A DNA stretch of 64,000 bases from a bacterium. GTDB lineage: Bacteria; JAMCPX01. The stretch is from assembly GCA_021792615.1 (NCBI GenBank), contig JAJYUJ010000005.1, forward strand, positions 6,075-70,074, read 5' to 3'. The position numbers and the translations under genes were made by a program. Below the pieces are notes generated by a model. The model did no database searches. It was not told the origin of the DNA and worked only from the letters and a program-made list of their open reading frames with translations. Below are positions 28,357-37,514 of this stretch, in pieces (within the stretch, counting starts at the first letter, position 1; each line of letters begins with the position of its first letter).

Positions 28357-29976
28357 TTACCTGAGCAGGGTGGGAAGCATCTTGAACAATGCCAGAGGGT
28401 TATTGACCTGCGTGTAAACCGGAGGGACCTTCTCACCTGTATTTAAAAGATTACTCACTGCTATTTTCGCACATCTGATCGAAGACTCGACCAGCATGAC
28501 GCATTCTCCGCTCTCGGTAAACTGCCCCATAAAAGCAAGGTTGGTCGATCCTTGCGGTACTACCTGTGGCCTGTCGCTCCTTTTTCTCGGCAAAAAGTGA
28601 CTCATGACATACGGCAGCATCGCCGGGACACAGGTCGAATTCTTGAGGATGAGCGGCAGCTCTTTATCAAACCCAAGATGGCCGCACACTTCCGTCATGA
28701 TGTCCTCACCGTTGCATTCGGACATCTTCTTGTTTACATAGTTTCCCTTTTCAAACGGCATAAATCCGCATGCGGCCCATATATATCTGCCATTGGGCTG
28801 ATTACGGAAGTGCGGCTGGGCGGGGACAAGCACCGACGAATGCCAGTTGGACTCTGTTAACGTTACCATGTTTGCCTGGCCAGGCTTGTTTCCGGTAAAC
28901 TTTTCGTACAAATTTATAAATGTCCGGTCCCTGCTGTCTACCATGAAAATCATCCACGCGGACTGATCTCTATGACTGTCGAAATTAGCAGGATTGCCCA
29001 GTCCGGAACCCGGACGTTTTTTTACGATATTTTCCCAGAGTGTCCATGAGCCGTCCAGTTTCCCGCTTTCAAGGGCTGCCGGTTCCGTTACGGAACCCCG
29101 TCTCAAATCTGCAACCATCGATCCGTTGGTGACGAATACAAAGTCATTGTCTCCGACATCAATCTTTTCGTTTTTTCCGTTTCTTGCATAGTAGAAGCGT
29201 TCAACGGTCAACTCGTCCTGTACCGGTTTAAAATCGAGGTCTGTTACCTTGCACCGCATCTCAAAATGAACGCCTTTTTCTTCCAGCCATTTCCGCATTG
29301 GCTCGGTCATTGAATTATAATTATTGTACGGTGTGACCACTTCCGCCCTGCCGCTCACCATTTTATGGACATCCTGCATAAATCTGCGCGCATAGCGCTT
29401 CATCTCAACAAGATCATTCCAATACTCGATGGCAAACATCGAAGAAAAAACCTTCCAGAAATTGGTAGTAAAAAAGGTGGGATCGAACCATGAGTCAATC
29501 CGGCGGTTCTCGATCCGGCTTTCCGGGATGTATACCAGCTTTAACAACTTGCCCAGATGCTTCCATTTCAACCCCATGGACTCCGCATTATCGGTGCGTT
29601 GATGGGCATGGATTAAGCGCGATCTGGCGTTCTTTTTGTGTTTATCGTTATATTCGAAAATTTCATCCGTGACCGATTTATCCGGTTGATCCAAAGAAGG
29701 TATCTCCGATAAGACATCCCAGGTACAATTGTAGACCTTACGATGAAACTTCCAGTCGCCGAACGTAAAGTAACTCGTATCAGGCGTGCCTTCACCGTAT
29801 AAACTCCCGCCAACACTTTCCCGTCCCTCAAAAATATGGATATTCTTCCCCGAAACGTGTGCATCCCTCACAGCAAAAATAGCTGCGGACAAACCGGCCA
29901 TTCCGCCTCCGGCAATATAGACCTTCGTTTTATCCGTTACAGCGGGGACCCGTCCGACAACACCTTTCACCTTCAT
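28357..29976 (-). CDS. Oleate/linoleate hydratase (FAD-dependent, myosin-cross-reactive-antigen family)
   Basis: An FAD-binding GxGxxG (YIAGGGMAGLSAA) is present, plus long-range similarity to MCRA hydratases (…FEGRESVGGSL…, …WMIFMVDSRD…). At 539 aa, the length is typical for the family. A TetR gene immediately downstream is a common arrangement. Confidence 0.8.
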   Translation of the reverse strand: MKVKGVVGRVPAVTDKTKVYIAGGGMAGLSAAIFAVRDAHVSGKNIHIFEGRESVGGSLYGEGTPDTSYFTFGDWKFHRKVYNCTWDVLSEIPSLDQPDKSVTDEIFEYNDKHKKNARSRLIHAHQRTDNAESMGLKWKHLGKLLKLVYIPESRIENRRIDSWFDPTFFTTNFWKVFSSMFAIEYWNDLVEMKRYARRFMQDVHKMVSGRAEVVTPYNNYNSMTEPMRKWLEEKGVHFEMRCKVTDLDFKPVQDELTVERFYYARNGKNEKIDVGDNDFVFVTNGSMVADLRRGSVTEPAALESGKLDGSWTLWENIVKKRPGSGLGNPANFDSHRDQSAWMIFMVDSRDRTFINLYEKFTGNKPGQANMVTLTESNWHSSVLVPAQPHFRNQPNGRYIWAACGFMPFEKGNYVNKKMSECNGEDIMTEVCGHLGFDKELPLILKNSTCVPAMLPYVMSHFLPRKRSDRPQVVPQGSTNLAFMGQFTESGECVMLVESSIRCAKIAVSNLLNTGEKVPPVYTQVNNPLALFKMLPTLLR

Positions 29977-30250
29977 AGTACGTTACCCTCCTTGAGCTGA
30001 AATTAAAAAAATATCTCTGAAAAATATCTTTCAATAAGCATCTCCCTGAAAGCGCCCCCACTAAAATTAGCTTTTTACACATATTCCATGCGATGTCAAG
30101 AAAAATATATTCAGTATTATTGATTATGTTATATCCATATTTTACATGTAGTTACATTATATATATGAATATTATTTCATATTTATTTCTCTTTTGTGAA
30201 TTAACTTATAAAAAATATGCGTTTGATAAATAGGAAAGTTTATGCAATGA
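29977..30250 (-). promoter_or_regulatory. AT-rich putative promoter/operator region of the hydratase operon
   Basis: About 270 nt of very AT-rich sequence lie directly upstream of the hydratase start. It holds short direct repeats (AAATATCT x2; TTACAT x2 around the ACATGT palindrome). No experimental support. Confidence 0.3.
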
Positions 30251-30561
30251 ACGAGGGGGTATCCACCCGGCAGTGAAGGGGCGAGCGTCAAATAAAGGTA
30301 GTCTTCGAAAATCCGGGAAAAGAAACACAGAAGTTCTGTCATTGCAGGCCGACGGGCACACAGCGAAGCTGGGTCGAGCAATCCCTATGCTTGTAGATTG
30401 CTTCGTCTTCCCGCCTCCGGCTGGACTCCTCGCAATGACAAGCTTACAGAGGACTTAAACCTCGTCTTAACCCCCCTTTTCCCACTTATCAGGGGGGGTA
30501 CTTTCACCTGTCAAGGGAGAATGAGGGGGTTACGGATCGCGGGATTGAGCGAATAAGTAAA

Positions 30562-30580
30562 CTTTTCTCCCGTATGTTCC
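30562..30580. repeat. 17-nt direct repeat copy 1 (GTATGTTCCGGGTAACT)
   Basis: It occurs 10 nt below the thioesterase stop. A near-identical copy is at 31283–31300 (GTATGTTCCGGGTTACT). Confidence 0.5.
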
Positions 30581-30589
30581 GGGTAACTA

Positions 30590-31063
30590 TTACGTTCCCT
30601 GCACCTTGCGGCCAAGGCGTTCTCTCTGACGCATCTCGCCCTGCTGCCATCGCTCGCGCTCTTCATCTGATACCAGCGATAGACGCGGGACCTCTACGGG
30701 ACGTCCCTCTCCATTCAGTGCAACGTAGACGATATACGCCCGGTTCGTTATTCTTCGTCTGCCGGTTAGGATCTCTTCCGCTTCGACCACAACCTCTGTT
30801 TCCATGGAGGTGCGGCCCACATATGTAAGACGTGCACTGAAAGTGACAAGGTCACCTATATGGACGGGCTCAAGAAATGTAAGGGAATCCACGGCAACCG
30901 TGACAGCCGGTTCCCTTGCATGACGTGTGGCACACATAGCACCGGCATCATCCATAAGCTTCATGAGCACACCACCGTGTATATTGCCGAGGTTGTTTGC
31001 GTGCTCGGGCTGCATAAGCTGGCTCAAAACGAGTTCAGAATCTTTAACCTTTTTGGCTTCCAT
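30590..31063 (-). CDS. Acyl-CoA thioesterase (hotdog fold, YciA-like)
   Basis: The hotdog thioesterase motif NNLGNIHGGVLMKLMDDAGAM...VTVAVDSLTFLEPVHIGDLV is present. Length is 157 aa. Confidence 0.75.
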   Translation of the reverse strand: MEAKKVKDSELVLSQLMQPEHANNLGNIHGGVLMKLMDDAGAMCATRHAREPAVTVAVDSLTFLEPVHIGDLVTFSARLTYVGRTSMETEVVVEAEEILTGRRRITNRAYIVYVALNGEGRPVEVPRLSLVSDEERERWQQGEMRQRERLGRKVQGT

Positions 31064-31282
31064 AGAAAGTATCCTTTCTCTTTTTTATCATTTAAAAGCC
31101 GTTCTACCCTTTTCAGTAACGGTTTTTGTTTAAATATAATCCTCAAAAGTGAATTGGGAAGACTGGCCCTCGTGAAAACGGGGTGAAGGAAGGTTGTGCT
31201 CAGAATACTCTGTAGTAAAAAGAACTTGTTTTTGCGGGCAGAAACGAATAACTCTGTCATCAGTACGGACAAACAAACCTTT

Positions 31283-31300
31283 GTATAGTATGTTCCGGGT
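31283..31300. repeat. 17-nt direct repeat copy 2 (GTATGTTCCGGGTTACT)
   Basis: Located about 13 nt below the purM stop. It matches 30562–30580 at 16 of 17 positions. Confidence 0.5.
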
Positions 31301-31312
31301 TACTCTTCGATA

Positions 31313-32344
31313 TTATATAAATTCCACCCTTTGCATTTTTTCGCCAAAGCGGCGCATTTCCCCTATGACAAATGCCTTCTGCCGCTGGGCTCGTATTGTG
31401 GTTAAGGCCTTTTGAGCGCTGTTCTTGTCCACAACGAGTACCATACCGAGTCCGTTATTGAATGTCCTTATCATCTCCATGTCATCGACATTGCCGAGCC
31501 CCTTGATCATCTCAAAGACCACTGGCCTGTCCCATGAATCCGTTTCAATAACAGCACTGAACTGTTTCGGGAAGACGCGCGGCAGGTTTTCGGTTATACC
31601 GCCCCCTGTTATGTGCGCCGCTGCCTTTATGAGCTTTTGTTGTACCAGCTTTTCTATGACCCGCACATAGATGATCGTCGGCTTGAGCAGCTCTTCACCG
31701 AGGGTGCACCCGAGCTCATCGATATAAGCGCCGAGCTTCATCTTTTTCTTTTCGAGGAGTACATACCGTGCCAGGGAATAACCGTTGCTGTGGAGCCCGC
31801 TGGAGCCTATGCCGATCAGCACATCCCCCTGCCGTATCGCAGACCCGTCTATGATCCTGTCTTTCTCGACAACGCCGGTCACAAATCCTGCAAGGTCATA
31901 CTCGTCGTCCGCATAAAAACCGGGCAGTTCCGCTGTTTCTCCTCCTATCAATGTACAATCGGCCTGTTTACATCCGTTCACGATCCCCTTCACGATATCC
32001 GTAACGATGTCGAGACGGATCTTCGATGTGGCTATATAATCGAGGAACACCGCGGGCCGCGCTCCGTTCACCACGATATCGTTCACATTCATGGCCACGA
32101 GATCGATGCCGACCGTATCGTGAATGTCCATCTCAAAGGCGATCTTGAGTTTTGTTCCCACACCGTCGGTCGACGTGACTATCACCGGATGCCTGTACTG
32201 CCTCCTGTCTATCTCAAACAGGCCTGCAAAACCGCCGATGCCCGACAGTACGCCTTTTTTGATGGTACTCCGCGCCAAAGGCTTTATCCGTTCGACAAAG
32301 GCATTGCCCTTGTCTATACTGACACCGGCATCGCTGTACTTCAT
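31313..32344 (-). CDS. purM: Phosphoribosylformylglycinamidine cyclo-ligase (AIR synthetase)
   Basis: YSDAGVSIDKGN...GIGGFAGLF N-terminus and the conserved PurM C-terminal domain. Length is 343 aa. Confidence 0.9.
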   Translation of the reverse strand: MKYSDAGVSIDKGNAFVERIKPLARSTIKKGVLSGIGGFAGLFEIDRRQYRHPVIVTSTDGVGTKLKIAFEMDIHDTVGIDLVAMNVNDIVVNGARPAVFLDYIATSKIRLDIVTDIVKGIVNGCKQADCTLIGGETAELPGFYADDEYDLAGFVTGVVEKDRIIDGSAIRQGDVLIGIGSSGLHSNGYSLARYVLLEKKKMKLGAYIDELGCTLGEELLKPTIIYVRVIEKLVQQKLIKAAAHITGGGITENLPRVFPKQFSAVIETDSWDRPVVFEMIKGLGNVDDMEMIRTFNNGLGMVLVVDKNSAQKALTTIRAQRQKAFVIGEMRRFGEKMQRVEFI

Positions 32345-32345
32345 G

Positions 32346-33497
32346 TTAATCTGCTTTCTTTCTCAGAAATGTGGGAATATCGAGTTCATCTTCGTCATAT
32401 CCGGTCAGCATGACCTTTTTAACGGATTTCACAGAATCGATCTCGTCTATCTTTTTATCCGTGCGCTTAAACGCCGGGATATCCCTGTCTCCGTTGTTGT
32501 GGATAACCGAAAGCTTGCCCGGGTACTTGTCCTTCGTATTCCTCTCTCCGAAGCCGGTCGCAATCACCGTAACATTGAGGTTTTCACCCATATTGTCGTC
32601 AATGACCGTGCCGTAGATCACATTGGCATTTTCATCGACCTGTTCCTTGACAAGCTCGCATGCCTCTTTCACTTCGTTGAGCGTAAGGGACGCATCGCCG
32701 GTAATATTGATCAACACACCTTTCGCACCGTTTATGGATATATCCTCGAGCAAGGGGTTCGATATGGCTTCCTGAGCAGCATCCTTTGCCCTCTTCTCAC
32801 CGCCGCTTTTCCCGGTACCCATCATGGCCATACCCATCTCGCCCATGACCGTTTTTACATCGGCAAAATCAACATTCACGAGCCCCGGGATTGTTATGAT
32901 GTCCGATATGCCTCTGACGGCATGAACGAGCACATCATCAACCTTCACGTAGGCTTCGAGTACCGTGGTCTTATTATCCGAGATATTGAACAACCGGTCG
33001 TTCGGAATAACGATCAGGGTGTCGACATACTGGCTCAGCTCTTCGATGCCCTTTTCCGCCTTTGAAATTCTCTTCTTCCCTTCAAATTCGAACGGCTTGG
33101 TCACTACGGCCACGACGAGCGCACCGAGAGACTTGGCGAGCTCCGCTATTACCGGACTTGCGCCGGTCCCGGTTCCTCCTCCCATACCCGCGGTCAGGAA
33201 GATCATGTCGGCACCGGTCAACGCATCTTTTATCTTCGCCTCATCCTCCAACGCTGCTTCTTTCCCAATGTCCGGATTTGCACCAGCACCGAGCCCTTTC
33301 GTCAATTTGGCGCCGAGCTGAATTTTGTAGGTCGCCTTGTTTCTCGTCAGCACCTGCATATCCGTATTGGCAGCAATAAAGTCTACACCTTTCATTCCCT
33401 GCTTTATCATTGTATTCACGGCATTTCCTCCGCCGCCGCCCACACCAATCACCTTGATCTTTGCAGAATGATGATACTCATTACTTAACTCAAACAT
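32346..33497 (-). CDS. ftsZ: Cell division GTPase FtsZ
   Basis: Tubulin signature GGGTGTG and [14 protein letters not shown] are present. The start is taken at MFELS, which has an AAGGAGGA RBS. Confidence 0.95.
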   Translation of the reverse strand: MFELSNEYHHSAKIKVIGVGGGGGNAVNTMIKQGMKGVDFIAANTDMQVLTRNKATYKIQLGAKLTKGLGAGANPDIGKEAALEDEAKIKDALTGADMIFLTAGMGGGTGTGASPVIAELAKSLGALVVAVVTKPFEFEGKKRISKAEKGIEELSQYVDTLIVIPNDRLFNISDNKTTVLEAYVKVDDVLVHAVRGISDIITIPGLVNVDFADVKTVMGEMGMAMMGTGKSGGEKRAKDAAQEAISNPLLEDISINGAKGVLINITGDASLTLNEVKEACELVKEQVDENANVIYGTVIDDNMGENLNVTVIATGFGERNTKDKYPGKLSVIHNNGDRDIPAFKRTDKKIDEIDSVKSVKKVMLTGYDEDELDIPTFLRKKAD

Positions 33498-33498
33498 T

Positions 33499-34725
33499 TT
33501 ATCCTCCTTTTCTAACAAACAATTTTGAAGCTATATTCGAAAAAAACTCTCTGATACTTCTCAGCAGATCTATGTCCCTGCCGTTGTACGCCCTGACATG
33601 TGTATGTTTACTCCCGTAGATGACCAACCCCACCGCTGTTGCGTACGACGGGTCCTTCACGACGTCCGTAAGCCCTCCGACACCGAGGGGAAAACCGATC
33701 CGTACCGGCAGATTGAATATCTGTTCACCGAGGTCGACAATGCCGTCCAGCAAAGAACTACCGCCGGTCAGGACAACACCCGCCGAAATAAACTCCTTGA
33801 ATCCGGACTTCACGAGCTCCTTGTCGACGAGAGACAGGATCTCTTCGACCCTGAGTTCTATTATCTCTGCGAGCGTCGAGCGGGATATTGTCCTCGGCTT
33901 CCTGTTGCCGATACCCGGGACTTCGACCATCTCGGCCTTGTCCACGTTTGTCCTCAGCGCAGTGCCGTATTTTATCTTGATCTTCTCGGCTTCATGGATG
34001 GGCGTTCTTAAACCAACGGACACGTCCTTGGTGATGTGTTCGCCTCCAAGGCCTATAACACTCGTGTATTTTATGCTTCCGTCGTAGAATATCGCTATGT
34101 CAGTCGTGCCCCCGCCGATATCTACGATAACGACACCGAGGTCCTTCTCTTCCGGGTTCAACACTGCTTCACTCGAGGCTATGGATTGAAGGGCGATGTC
34201 GGAAACGATAAGTCCCGACCTGTTGCATGCCTTTATGATGTTCATCGAAGACGACATGTTCGCAGTCACGATGTGCACCTTGGCTTCAAGCCGTACGCCG
34301 GACATTCCGGTCGGGTCCTTTATACCTCCCTGATCGTCGATTATGAACTCATACGGTATAACATGGATGACCTCCCTGTCCTGGGGTATGGGCATAGCCT
34401 TTGCGGCATCAACGACCCTCTTGATATCGCTTGCTTTCACTTCCCGGTCTTTTATCGCGATCACACCGTTACTGTTGAAGCTCTTGATGTGATCCCCGGC
34501 TATGCCGGTGTAGATACTCGATATGTCATAGTCGGACATAAGCTCCGCTTCTTCGATGGCCTGCCGAATTGCCTTGACCGTCGCTTCGATATTGATGATG
34601 TTCCCCTTGCTCAAGCCGTGAGACGGCGACACCTTCCCTATACCGACGATATCTATCATGCCTTCTTTCAGCTCTCCCACAATCGCGCATATCTTTGTTG
34701 TGCCTATATCAAGGCCAACAATCAT
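33499..34725 (-). CDS. ftsA: Cell division protein FtsA
   Basis: Actin-like ATPase motifs ([22 protein letters not shown]). It lies immediately upstream of ftsZ. Confidence 0.9.
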   Translation of the reverse strand: MIVGLDIGTTKICAIVGELKEGMIDIVGIGKVSPSHGLSKGNIINIEATVKAIRQAIEEAELMSDYDISSIYTGIAGDHIKSFNSNGVIAIKDREVKASDIKRVVDAAKAMPIPQDREVIHVIPYEFIIDDQGGIKDPTGMSGVRLEAKVHIVTANMSSSMNIIKACNRSGLIVSDIALQSIASSEAVLNPEEKDLGVVIVDIGGGTTDIAIFYDGSIKYTSVIGLGGEHITKDVSVGLRTPIHEAEKIKIKYGTALRTNVDKAEMVEVPGIGNRKPRTISRSTLAEIIELRVEEILSLVDKELVKSGFKEFISAGVVLTGGSSLLDGIVDLGEQIFNLPVRIGFPLGVGGLTDVVKDPSYATAVGLVIYGSKHTHVRAYNGRDIDLLRSIREFFSNIASKLFVRKGG

Positions 34726-34726
34726 A

Positions 34727-35650
34727 TTATCCTTTTTTGGCACTGTTGTTCACCTCCTTTAATGGATTCGCAACACCTGTGTTGCCTGTCAAAGAATGGC
34801 TGTTATGCCCCTGTCCATCCGTGCCGGACAGGACGCCCTGCTTATAACGGAAAACCCCCATACCGGAAAAACGCAGATCGACACGGGAAAACAGCTGCAT
34901 CCTGTCTCCGAAATGCCGTATTAAATCGTTCAACTTGTCTATCCTCGAAACAAGCTCGTTCCTGCCGAACTTGATTAGCAGTCCGTCTGTCGTGATTACC
35001 GAATACCCGGTAGCGTCGACGTGAAGCTCCGATATATCCTTTCCGACGACAATCGAATTCCGGTCGAGTTCCTGTATAAAGGACACAGCATCGGCGACGG
35101 GCTGCAGCGGTACGTCCATAAAGCCGGGGTTTCTGAACACAAAACCGGTAATAACCGGATAATTGGTTGAATCGTTTTCGTTCAACTGCTTGAAAATGAT
35201 GCCGTGATCATCAACATAGTACAGCCTGTCCAGCAGGATCATACAGTATGCCTTTCGCTCGGTAACCGTAATATCGATCCTGTGCGGCGGCGACTTTCTT
35301 ATGGACACGCTGTTTATCCAGGGTATGGACAAAATGTTCTTTCTTATGGTTTTCAGCGGAATGGAGAAGATATTCTCTCCCATGCTCAGTCCTGAAGCCT
35401 TTATGATCTCCATCGGCAGAACGTGTTCGTATCCTCTGACACTCACCTGTTTCAGGGCAAATATTTTCGATGTGCTGACAAAGCCCGCAGCTTTATTGTA
35501 CAAGACATAGCTGCCGAAACACAGACCCGCGACGGCAAGGAGAGAGCCGGAATATTTCAGGTAGGAACGCATCCCGACGCGCCTCTTAAGGCGCATGTGC
35601 GATGCGTTCTTATGCCGCGCTTTGAAATCAAAACCCACGAATTCACTCAT
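34727..35650 (-). CDS. ftsQ: Cell division protein FtsQ/DivIB
   Basis: A single TM helix followed by POTRA-like and FtsQ beta domains. Its position between ddl and ftsA supports the call. Confidence 0.7.
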   Translation of the reverse strand: MSEFVGFDFKARHKNASHMRLKRRVGMRSYLKYSGSLLAVAGLCFGSYVLYNKAAGFVSTSKIFALKQVSVRGYEHVLPMEIIKASGLSMGENIFSIPLKTIRKNILSIPWINSVSIRKSPPHRIDITVTERKAYCMILLDRLYYVDDHGIIFKQLNENDSTNYPVITGFVFRNPGFMDVPLQPVADAVSFIQELDRNSIVVGKDISELHVDATGYSVITTDGLLIKFGRNELVSRIDKLNDLIRHFGDRMQLFSRVDLRFSGMGVFRYKQGVLSGTDGQGHNSHSLTGNTGVANPLKEVNNSAKKG

Positions 35651-36600
35651 TCAATTTTTCCTTTTAACGAAGCAGATTGCAGTATGCCTTCAATAAGGCC
35701 TTCATAATTCATACCCTTGCTCTCGGCTATTTTCGGCACGTAGCTCAACGAGGTAAGTCCCGGGAGCGTATTGACTTCCAGCAGATATGGCCGGCCGGCA
35801 GATGCAACCTTGAAATCGATCCTCGAGTAAAAGCTGCATCCGAGCAGTGCATGCGCATTCAAAGCGGCCTCTTCAATAGACTTGACCACGCTGTCCGGAA
35901 ACGATGGAGGGATATTGAACACCTCCATTCCCTCCGTATACTTGACTTCGTAATCCAGGAACTCTCTTTGGGATCCGCCCTGAATCCCGATCTCCATGGA
36001 TCCGAGGACTTTATCGTCATAAATCGCAACGGTAATATCCTTGCCCTCTATGAATTTTTCTATGAGCACACGGCGGTCATACTTGAAGGCCCCTGCAAAT
36101 GCCGCGGGCAGATCTCCGGGCGCCGTTACCTTGCTGATCCCGATACTCGAACCTTCGCAGGCCGGTTTTATGATGTATGGCAGGTTCATACCACTCTCTT
36201 TTATCAGTTGCGCATACTCGATAGGCTTGTTCACGGCAAGGTATTGCGGCGTCAGTATGCCTGCACTGGTAAGAAGGTGCTTCGTAAAGATTTTATCCAT
36301 TGCGACCGCACTTGCCGTCGTACCGGAACCTGTATACGGAATACCCATCAGTTCCAAAAGCCCCTGTACAACGCCGTCTTCTCCCCATTTGCCGTGGAGT
36401 GCGTTGAATGCTATCTCTATGTTCATTTCTTTCAGTTTTAAGGGCAGGCCCCGGTCTACTTCCACCGTAACCGCATGATACCCGAGTGCGGTCAGCGCAT
36501 GAAAAACCGCTTCGCCGGTCATCTTCGAGATGCCCCTCTCTGCGGACAGGCCGCCGAGCAAAACGCCGATCTTCATTTTTTTCGTTACCGTGTTCTTCAT
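35647..36600 (-). CDS. ddl: D-alanine--D-alanine ligase
   Basis: ATP-grasp Ddl motifs are present (VLLGGLSAE...NALHGKWGEDG...EVNTLPGLT). Confidence 0.9.
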   Translation of the reverse strand: MKNTVTKKMKIGVLLGGLSAERGISKMTGEAVFHALTALGYHAVTVEVDRGLPLKLKEMNIEIAFNALHGKWGEDGVVQGLLELMGIPYTGSGTTASAVAMDKIFTKHLLTSAGILTPQYLAVNKPIEYAQLIKESGMNLPYIIKPACEGSSIGISKVTAPGDLPAAFAGAFKYDRRVLIEKFIEGKDITVAIYDDKVLGSMEIGIQGGSQREFLDYEVKYTEGMEVFNIPPSFPDSVVKSIEEAALNAHALLGCSFYSRIDFKVASAGRPYLLEVNTLPGLTSLSYVPKIAESKGMNYEGLIEGILQSASLKGKIE

Positions 36601-37514
36601 TGTTCACCTATAATAACGACTTCCAGTTCAAGTTTTACCTTGGTTTTCTCTTTTACTTTCTCCATACCCGCATCAATAAGCGTCATCACGTCTTCCGCAT
36701 GCGCATTCCCCGTATTGACGATGAAATTCGTGTGGAGCTCCGAATACTTCGCTCCCCGTACCCTGACACCACGCATACCGGCTTCGTCCAGCAGCATCCA
36801 GGCCTTTGTCCCATGAGGGTTCTTGAATATCGAACCGCTGCTCGGGTAGTTGAGGGGTTGTGATTGCGTTTTTTCTTTAAGGACGGCCGCTATTTTTTTG
36901 CTCACGGCAGCCTTATCCGCCTTGCGGAGGTTGAAAACGGCCGATACGACGATGCTGCTCGAAGAGAGTTCTTTGCATGTTCTGTAGCCGAACCCCATTG
37001 CTTTTTTATTGAGTGTCCTTGTCTTGCCCGTCCTTTCTATAAAAGTAACGGTCTCTATGACATCCGACAGCGTGCCGTGCCCGGTACCGGCATTCATGAC
37101 GATCGCGCCTCCGGTTGTGCCCGGTATGCCGGCGAGCGGTTCCATGCCGGACAATCCGTTTTCCTCACAGTACTTAACGAGCCCTGCGAGAGGCTTGCCT
37201 GCCCCGGCTCTTATGCGCAAAACGGATTCATCCTCAGAGACAACTTCAATAGAATCGAACGTGCCCTTCATCCTGAGCACCGGATTCTGAATGCCTCCGT
37301 CCCGTACGATAAGGTTGGTTCCGGCACCTATAACAAAGTATCGCTGCTCGTTACGCTTGGCCCAATCTATGAAATTGAATATATCGTCTTCATCGCGCGG
37401 CGTAACCATGCACGCACAGAGGCCTCCGACCTGCATGCTGGTATATTCTTTCATCGGGACATCGAACAGGACATCACCTTTTACAATCTCTTTTATTTCT
37501 TTAAAATCAGGCAT
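36597..37514 (-). CDS. murB: UDP-N-acetylenolpyruvoylglucosamine reductase
   Basis: An FAD-binding PCMH domain (YTSMQVGG...GAGTNLIV) and a MurB C-terminal domain are present. Confidence 0.85.
   Translation of the reverse strand: MPDFKEIKEIVKGDVLFDVPMKEYTSMQVGGLCACMVTPRDEDDIFNFIDWAKRNEQRYFVIGAGTNLIVRDGGIQNPVLRMKGTFDSIEVVSEDESVLRIRAGAGKPLAGLVKYCEENGLSGMEPLAGIPGTTGGAIVMNAGTGHGTLSDVIETVTFIERTGKTRTLNKKAMGFGYRTCKELSSSSIVVSAVFNLRKADKAAVSKKIAAVLKEKTQSQPLNYPSSGSIFKNPHGTKAWMLLDEAGMRGVRVRGAKYSELHTNFIVNTGNAHAEDVMTLIDAGMEKVKEKTKVKLELEVVIIGEQ

Noticed and set aside
30250-30590. tmRNA or tRNA-like element in the GC-rich block (5' GGGGG and CCGGG runs)
   Set aside because: No T-arm (GGUUCGAAUCC-like) or acceptor/CCA-proximal structure was found on either strand, and there is no tag-peptide reading frame.
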